Below are positions 59,429 through 64,000 of a stretch of DNA of 64,000 nucleotides, in pieces (position 1 is the first letter of the stretch; each line of letters starts with the position of its first letter). Below the pieces are notes generated by a model. It saw only the letters and a program-made list of their open reading frames with translations, ran no database searches and had not been told where the DNA came from. Location of the stretch: the NCBI GenBank assembly GCA_017443595.1, contig JAFSYU010000020.1, positions 1-64,000 of the forward strand, given 5' to 3'. The position numbers and the translations under genes were made by a program. This stretch comes from Clostridia bacterium (lineage in GTDB: Bacteria; Bacillota; Clostridia; Oscillospirales; CAG-272).

Positions 59429-60817
59429 ATGGGAAAAATAAAAGAGTTTTTTACAGACAGATCGTTTTTTAAAACCGTATTAAAAATAGCTTTGCCCATG
59501 GTTATACAGAACGGTATTACAAATCTTGTAAACGTTTTGGATAACGTCATGGTCGGGAGTATCAGCAGTGAGGCGACGTCCGGTGTTGCGATAATAAACC
59601 AGTTTATGTTCGTTTTTTATCTTCTCACCTTCGGCGCCGTATCCGCCGCCGGCATTTTTACCGCGCAGTATCACGGAAAAGGCGATAACGAAAACGTGCG
59701 CGCCACGTTCCGTATCAAAATAATGATCTGTCTTGCCGCGTCTGTTACCGGTATACTTCTTTTCGCGTTATTTAAAGACTTTTTCATAAATATGTTCCTT
59801 ACCGACACAGGCGCCGGGATAGATCCGGAGTTGACGTTTACGCTCGGAGCGGAATATCTTTTCGTCATGCTTTTCGGTATCGTTCCGTATTCGCTGTCAC
59901 AGGCTTACGCTTCCACCCTGCGCGAAACAAAACGCACGGTGCTTCCGCTTATAGCGGGTCTGTCAGCCGTTATAATAAACCTGTTTTTAAACTACGCGCT
60001 CATTTTCGGCAAATTGGGATTTCCGGCGCTCGGTGTTGCCGGCGCGGCACTGGCTACGGTTATCTCAAGATACGCGGAATTTCTGATACTTGTTATCTGC
60101 ACGCACACAACATCAAAGAAAAGCCCGTTTATCACAGGTGCGTATAAAAGCTTACGCGTGCCCGGCTTACTTATAAGAAAAGTTGTCAGAATGGGCTTTC
60201 CGCTTATTCTGAACGAGGGTTTATGGGCGCTTGCCATAACGCTGCGAAATCAATGCTACTCTACACGCGGACTGCACGCGGTCACCGCTATAAGCATTTC
60301 CTCAACCTTTTCTAATCTTTTCAGCGCCGTATATCTGTCGCTCGGAGCGGCAACTATGGTAATAATAGGAAATATGCTCGGCGCGGGACAGATAGAGCAG
60401 GCAAAGAAAACTAACAAAAAACTGCTTGCGTTTTCCGTTTTATGCTCTGTTGTTCTGGGTATTATCATGGCTTCTTTATCGGGTGTTTTTCCCAAATTCT
60501 ACAACACCACGGAGCAAGCCGCCGCGCTTACGGTATTTATGCTCATAGTCCGCGCGGCGACTATGCCGTTTTCCTCTTATACGAACGTCGCGTATTTCAC
60601 GCTGCGCTCCGGCGGCAAAGTGTTTATTACCGTTTTGTTTGACAGCGCGTTCATGTGGGCTGTCGTTATGCCGCTGTCGTTTATTCTTTCACGTTTTACG
60701 AATATAGACATACATCCCATGTTTATAATATGCGAGGGGACCGAGTTTCTTAAAATGATGCTTGGATATATACTGTTGAAGCGCGGGACCTGGGCTGTGA
60801 GCCTTGTTGACAGGTAA
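59429..60817 (+). CDS. MATE-family efflux transporter
   Basis: About 462 aa from MGKIKEFF. The listed 59306 start runs through the upstream terminator and promoter. Twelve transmembrane helices with MATE motifs are present. Confidence 0.75.
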   Translation: MGKIKEFFTDRSFFKTVLKIALPMVIQNGITNLVNVLDNVMVGSISSEATSGVAIINQFMFVFYLLTFGAVSAAGIFTAQYHGKGDNENVRATFRIKIMICLAASVTGILLFALFKDFFINMFLTDTGAGIDPELTFTLGAEYLFVMLFGIVPYSLSQAYASTLRETKRTVLPLIAGLSAVIINLFLNYALIFGKLGFPALGVAGAALATVISRYAEFLILVICTHTTSKKSPFITGAYKSLRVPGLLIRKVVRMGFPLILNEGLWALAITLRNQCYSTRGLHAVTAISISSTFSNLFSAVYLSLGAATMVIIGNMLGAGQIEQAKKTNKKLLAFSVLCSVVLGIIMASLSGVFPKFYNTTEQAAALTVFMLIVRAATMPFSSYTNVAYFTLRSGGKVFITVLFDSAFMWAVVMPLSFILSRFTNIDIHPMFIICEGTEFLKMMLGYILLKRGTWAVSLVDR

Positions 60818-60880
60818 GACCGCATATACTTGATATATTCACAATATTTATATATAATGATATAAAAAAGGAGGCGCTTT

Positions 60881-62167
60881 ATGGGGTACGGGTCGATACT
60901 TATCGGTATAGCTTTTCTGTTTGTTCCGTCTTTCGGCATATATGATTTTATTCCGGATGCGATAGGCTATGCGCTTTTGCTCATCGGTCTGTCAAAAACG
61001 GCGCAGCTTAACAACGATCTGCAAAACAGCAGAAAGTATTTCAGATATCTTTTCTTTCTGACCCTTGCAAAGCTCCTTTTGATATATCCGCTATCGGGCT
61101 TAAACGACGAGATGACGCAGATGCTGTACGTTTTCTTTTTTGCAATAGCGGAAACGGTCTTTCTGGTCCCGGCGTTTTCAAATCTGTGCGAGGGAAGCTA
61201 TTATCTTTCTTCACGCGCCGGCTGCTCCGTGTCTGACAGAGCGTATTCCGATCTGAAGCTCGTATCAAAAATATTCATATTCGGGCGCGCGATACTCGCG
61301 GTGATACCGGAGCTTACCGTGCTTGCAAACAACGCGTACCGGGAAGAGCTGACGGTTGAAGAACTAAATAAACCTACAATATATGACAGCAAATATATTA
61401 TAACGTTTGCGTGCATTGCGCTGTCGCTTCTGATAGGGATAGTATTTTATATACTTGTGATGAGATATTTTATTCCTCTTATAAAAGACAAAGCGTCGTA
61501 TAGTGAAATAAAACGCCGCTATGACGAGGAAATAACGTCAAATCAGGCTAAACGCGTATATAATTCCGTAAATACCGCGTCTTTGCTTTTCACGTTTGCA
61601 TCTGTTTTTATGGCAACGCTGTATTTTTACGGCTGGGATATTTTGATAGACGTCATCGCCGCGGCCCTGACGACAGCCGGATTTATTATGTTAAAAAACG
61701 TTGTAAACACAAAAAAAGCCGTTATTTTATCCGCGGTTTTCGCAGTTGTTACGGCGGCGGCGTCCGGGTTTGAATACTACACAGCAAAAACGTATTTTAC
61801 GGACGCGTCGTATATAACGAGCGCGTCTATGAGGGCGTATATAATATCCGCATCGGCAAAAGCGGCGGGATTTTTAATATTTTCATCCCTTATCTATTAT
61901 TTTTACAGATGCCTTTGCATAACAGTGAAAAATCACATAAAATCTCCTACTTTTGACGAGGAAGGGTACAAGAACAGGCTGTATAAAAAGTGCCGCGTCT
62001 TATGCGGCGCCGGTATAGCGGCGTGCGGTATATCCGCCGTGTCGGGATTTTTGTTCTCGTATTCCGAGCTGTTCCGCTTTGCCGGTCTGATCTGCTTCGG
62101 CGCGTACGCGATATATTTGTATATAACAACGACAAAGCTGTGCGAGGAGCTTTCAAGATTTATCTGA
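60881..62167 (+). CDS. Polytopic hypothetical membrane protein
   Basis: 428 aa with about 10 transmembrane helices and no recognisable motif. Confidence 0.5.
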   Translation: MGYGSILIGIAFLFVPSFGIYDFIPDAIGYALLLIGLSKTAQLNNDLQNSRKYFRYLFFLTLAKLLLIYPLSGLNDEMTQMLYVFFFAIAETVFLVPAFSNLCEGSYYLSSRAGCSVSDRAYSDLKLVSKIFIFGRAILAVIPELTVLANNAYREELTVEELNKPTIYDSKYIITFACIALSLLIGIVFYILVMRYFIPLIKDKASYSEIKRRYDEEITSNQAKRVYNSVNTASLLFTFASVFMATLYFYGWDILIDVIAAALTTAGFIMLKNVVNTKKAVILSAVFAVVTAAASGFEYYTAKTYFTDASYITSASMRAYIISASAKAAGFLIFSSLIYYFYRCLCITVKNHIKSPTFDEEGYKNRLYKKCRVLCGAGIAACGISAVSGFLFSYSELFRFAGLICFGAYAIYLYITTTKLCEELSRFI

Positions 62168-62181
62168 TATAAAAAGTTTAA

Positions 62182-62205
62182 AAGCATCCGTTTTTGCGGA
62201 TGCTT
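62182..62205. terminator. Terminator hairpin, copy A
   Basis: AAGCATCCG-tttttg-CGGATGCTT, preceded by an A-run. Confidence 0.55.
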
Positions 62206-62387
62206 CAATTTGTTGACAAAGTATTTTTCAGAGAAATACCTTCCCCCTTGGGGAAGGTGGCACAACGGAACGTTGTGACGAAAGGGGCTTTTCAAACTGC
62301 AAAAATCATTTTATAGCCTCTTCCGTCACTTCGTGACACCTTCTCCAAAGGAGAAGGTAAAACAAAAACTGCTTTGTCTTCACTCTG

Positions 62388-62418
62388 AAGCATCCGTTTT
62401 TGCGGATGCTTTTTTATT
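62388..62418. terminator. Terminator hairpin, copy B, an identical 24-nt hairpin
   Basis: AAGCATCCG-tttttg-CGGATGCTT followed by TTTTTTATT. Confidence 0.6.
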
Positions 62419-63166
62419 ACAGTGATGAAAGAAGCTTTAAAAACTTTGTGTCGTTCATCTGCTCGTTTGTTATATATTTCCCGTTATAAAACAGCGAGTA
62501 CGTCGTGACCGGCGTCGGGGCGTTCTGCGCTTCATCTCTGCTCTTGATCTGCACGGCTTTGAATTCTATTCCGTGTTCTTTTGCCGTCTGCTCCACTACC
62601 GGAACGTATTTTGCGTTGAACGGGCACTGATACGTGTAGTATAAAACGAATCCGTCCTCATCCGTGTGCGGATGCTTTGCGCAGGGTTTAAACGCCGGCT
62701 TGACCGCGCTTTTATCAAAAGGCAGATGCCATAGCTGTATACCGTTGTCCGCCTCGTCGCAAGCAGTAAATCCTTTGTATTTTAAATATTTCGGATCGGC
62801 TAAAAACGGTTTTTTCTTCTCCGAAGATAATATACACAGACCTTTTCTGCCTTTTTCTTTGCTGTCTTTTATACATTCGTTAAGCAGATCGTTTGAATAT
62901 CCGTGACCTTTGAAAGATCCGGATACCCACAGGCAGTCTATATACGTATACCCGTCCGCTTCGATCGGACACCACGCGTTTTCCGCGGGGATGTATTCAA
63001 TAAAGCATTTGCCGCGCTCTGCGCTTTTCAAAAACACGAGTCCCTCGTCAAACCGATCGGTCAGCCATGATTTTTTTGACGAGACCTGTACGTCCTTGTC
63101 GTTTGATATGGCGCAGCAAATATGCTCGGATCCAATATTGTCTTTTGTTACTCTTATGTATTCCAT
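62417..63166 (-). CDS. GNAT-family N-acetyltransferase with a YoaP-like C-terminal domain
   Basis: About 249 aa from MEYIRVTKDNIG with a GGAGAT ribosome-binding site. The listed 63268 start extends into the repeat element. Confidence 0.65.
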   Translation of the reverse strand: MEYIRVTKDNIGSEHICCAISNDKDVQVSSKKSWLTDRFDEGLVFLKSAERGKCFIEYIPAENAWCPIEADGYTYIDCLWVSGSFKGHGYSNDLLNECIKDSKEKGRKGLCILSSEKKKPFLADPKYLKYKGFTACDEADNGIQLWHLPFDKSAVKPAFKPCAKHPHTDEDGFVLYYTYQCPFNAKYVPVVEQTAKEHGIEFKAVQIKSRDEAQNAPTPVTTYSLFYNGKYITNEQMNDTKFLKLLSSL

Positions 63167-63174
63167 AATATCTC

Positions 63175-63465
63175 CTTTTTTAATGCGGGTCGTCGAGGCG
63201 CCGACCCCTACGATTCGGAAGGGGGAGAGACTCCTCCCCTGCAAACGGGTCGCCGTGGCTCTGACCACTACGGTTGATGCGCCGACCCCTCAGATATTCT
63301 GAGGGAGGGGTAAGAGGGGGTTTGGGGGGTGTGTCGAGGGGTTCCCCGTTGCGAACGAACGTGAGCAATGGGGGTTCACGAGAGGGGTGGGGCCACCCAA
63401 ATGCGCCGCCGGGGCGGTGCACAATTCGTCGGCTGCGCCGACCCCTACCGTCTGAATTTTTAATT
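63175..63465 (+). repeat. Copy 4 of the mosaic repeat family
   Basis: GTCGTCGAGGCGCCGACCCCTAC, CCCTCAGATATTCTGAGGG, the core GGGGTTCCCCGTTGCGAACGAACGTGAGCAATGGGGGTTCACG, GGGGTGGGGCCACCC and GTCGGCTGCGCCGACCCCTAC. Confidence 0.75.
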
Positions 63466-63467
63466 TT

Positions 63468-64000
63468 TTACCACCCGAATTTCTCGTAATTCGGTTCTAT
63501 CACGGTTTTATTATACTCCATTCCTCCGGGGAAATTTGCGCTCTTTAGGATGCCGGGAGTGATGCCCTTTTCAAGCAGTTTTTCGACCGCCACGCTCGTT
63601 ATGCTCCACATTATGTAATCGGACGCTATGCCGGACGCGGCGCCGAATTTCGCCTCTATGCCCGGCACGTCTATCATCGCCTCGGCGGCAGGCGCGCAGT
63701 TGTCTATCGTTACGGTCGCTATCTCATACAGCTTTTTGCCGGACGGATGAACGGGATCTACCTGCACTGCATACTCCATTGACGTAAACGCTATCACCTT
63801 TATACCCAGCTGTACCGCTTCATACGCGAGATCCACTATCTTTTTCGTTCTGCCGGAAACGGAGCTTAAAAACAGCACGTCGCCCGGGCGGAAATTTGAC
63901 TGTGTAAGCGCATATCTCGCCGCCGCGCCCTGAGTGTTATTCCACCCAAGATCCGAATTATCGCGCGCTCTCGCGTCGTTTTCGACTTTCAGATCATAGC
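63468..64000 (-). CDS. SIS (sugar-isomerase) domain protein, 5'-partial. It extends beyond the window end.
   Basis: The frame is open to position 64000. An SIS phosphosugar-binding segment (FLSSVSGRTKKIVDLAYEAVQLGIKVIAFTS) is present. Confidence 0.6.
   Translation of the reverse strand, partial: YDLKVENDARARDNSDLGWNNTQGAAARYALTQSNFRPGDVLFLSSVSGRTKKIVDLAYEAVQLGIKVIAFTSMEYAVQVDPVHPSGKKLYEIATVTIDNCAPAAEAMIDVPGIEAKFGAASGIASDYIMWSITSVAVEKLLEKGITPGILKSANFPGGMEYNKTVIEPNYEKFGW

Noticed and set aside
18762-63465. The four repeat copies as an insertion sequence or transposon
   Set aside because: No transposase, integrase, or inverted terminal repeats bounding an ORF are present. The elements are 170-350 bp mosaics of hairpin modules, so they are called a REP/MITE-like repeat rather than a mobile element with coding capacity.
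63180-63489. ORFs 63180..63422 and 63274..63489, and the N-terminal 34 codons of ORF 62417..63268
   Set aside because: They lie inside repeat copy 4. The GNAT gene has a good ribosome-binding site and ATG at 63166, so the upstream extension is spurious.

Overview
This 64-kb window looks like a Clostridia chromosome segment at roughly 50% GC. A type-I dockerin protein and a GH43 hydrolase suggest a cellulosome-bearing Oscillospiraceae/Ruminococcaceae-type organism.

Core content:
- 5.8-18.6 kb (minus): a tightly packed seven-gene operon, glnN(GSIII)-amt::glnK-asnB-pyrG-purF-carA-carB, in which every enzyme makes or consumes glutamine.
- 34.9-55.6 kb: housekeeping genes, including ttcA, tcdA, ogg, mrp, prfA, a Sua5::CoaE fusion, holA, rnmV and two ABC transporters.

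Accessory content:
- 0-5.7 kb: a partial Fic protein, a pair of WYL-domain regulators, a roughly 450-bp promoter-bearing non-coding region with two tRNA T-arm-like hairpins, an SPFH protein and the RNA ligase RtcB.
- 19-33.3 kb (minus): a RiPP/bacteriocin-like island:
  - a LytTR response regulator with LytTR-type direct repeats, a truncated HlyD gene, and an NHLM-type C39-peptidase ABC exporter with its partner ABC;
  - phased A-tracts, a small ORF and an ECF sigma factor;
  - a Nif11-type leader precursor with a CxxC...CxxC core and two tandem GG-leader peptides with hydrophilic cores;
  - a STAS anti-anti-sigma factor, a DUF2156 (aminoacyl-tRNA transferase fold) protein, a MATE::HATPase fusion, a GNAT-like protein, a sensor PP2C::HATPase fusion and an XRE regulator.
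  - No canonical RiPP-modifying enzyme is present, so this is a candidate undescribed peptide system.
- Four intergenic copies of a mosaic GC-rich hairpin repeat family lie at about 18.8, 19.8, 37.4 and 63.3 kb. No transposase or integrase accompanies them.

No rRNA, canonical tRNA or CRISPR array was found.
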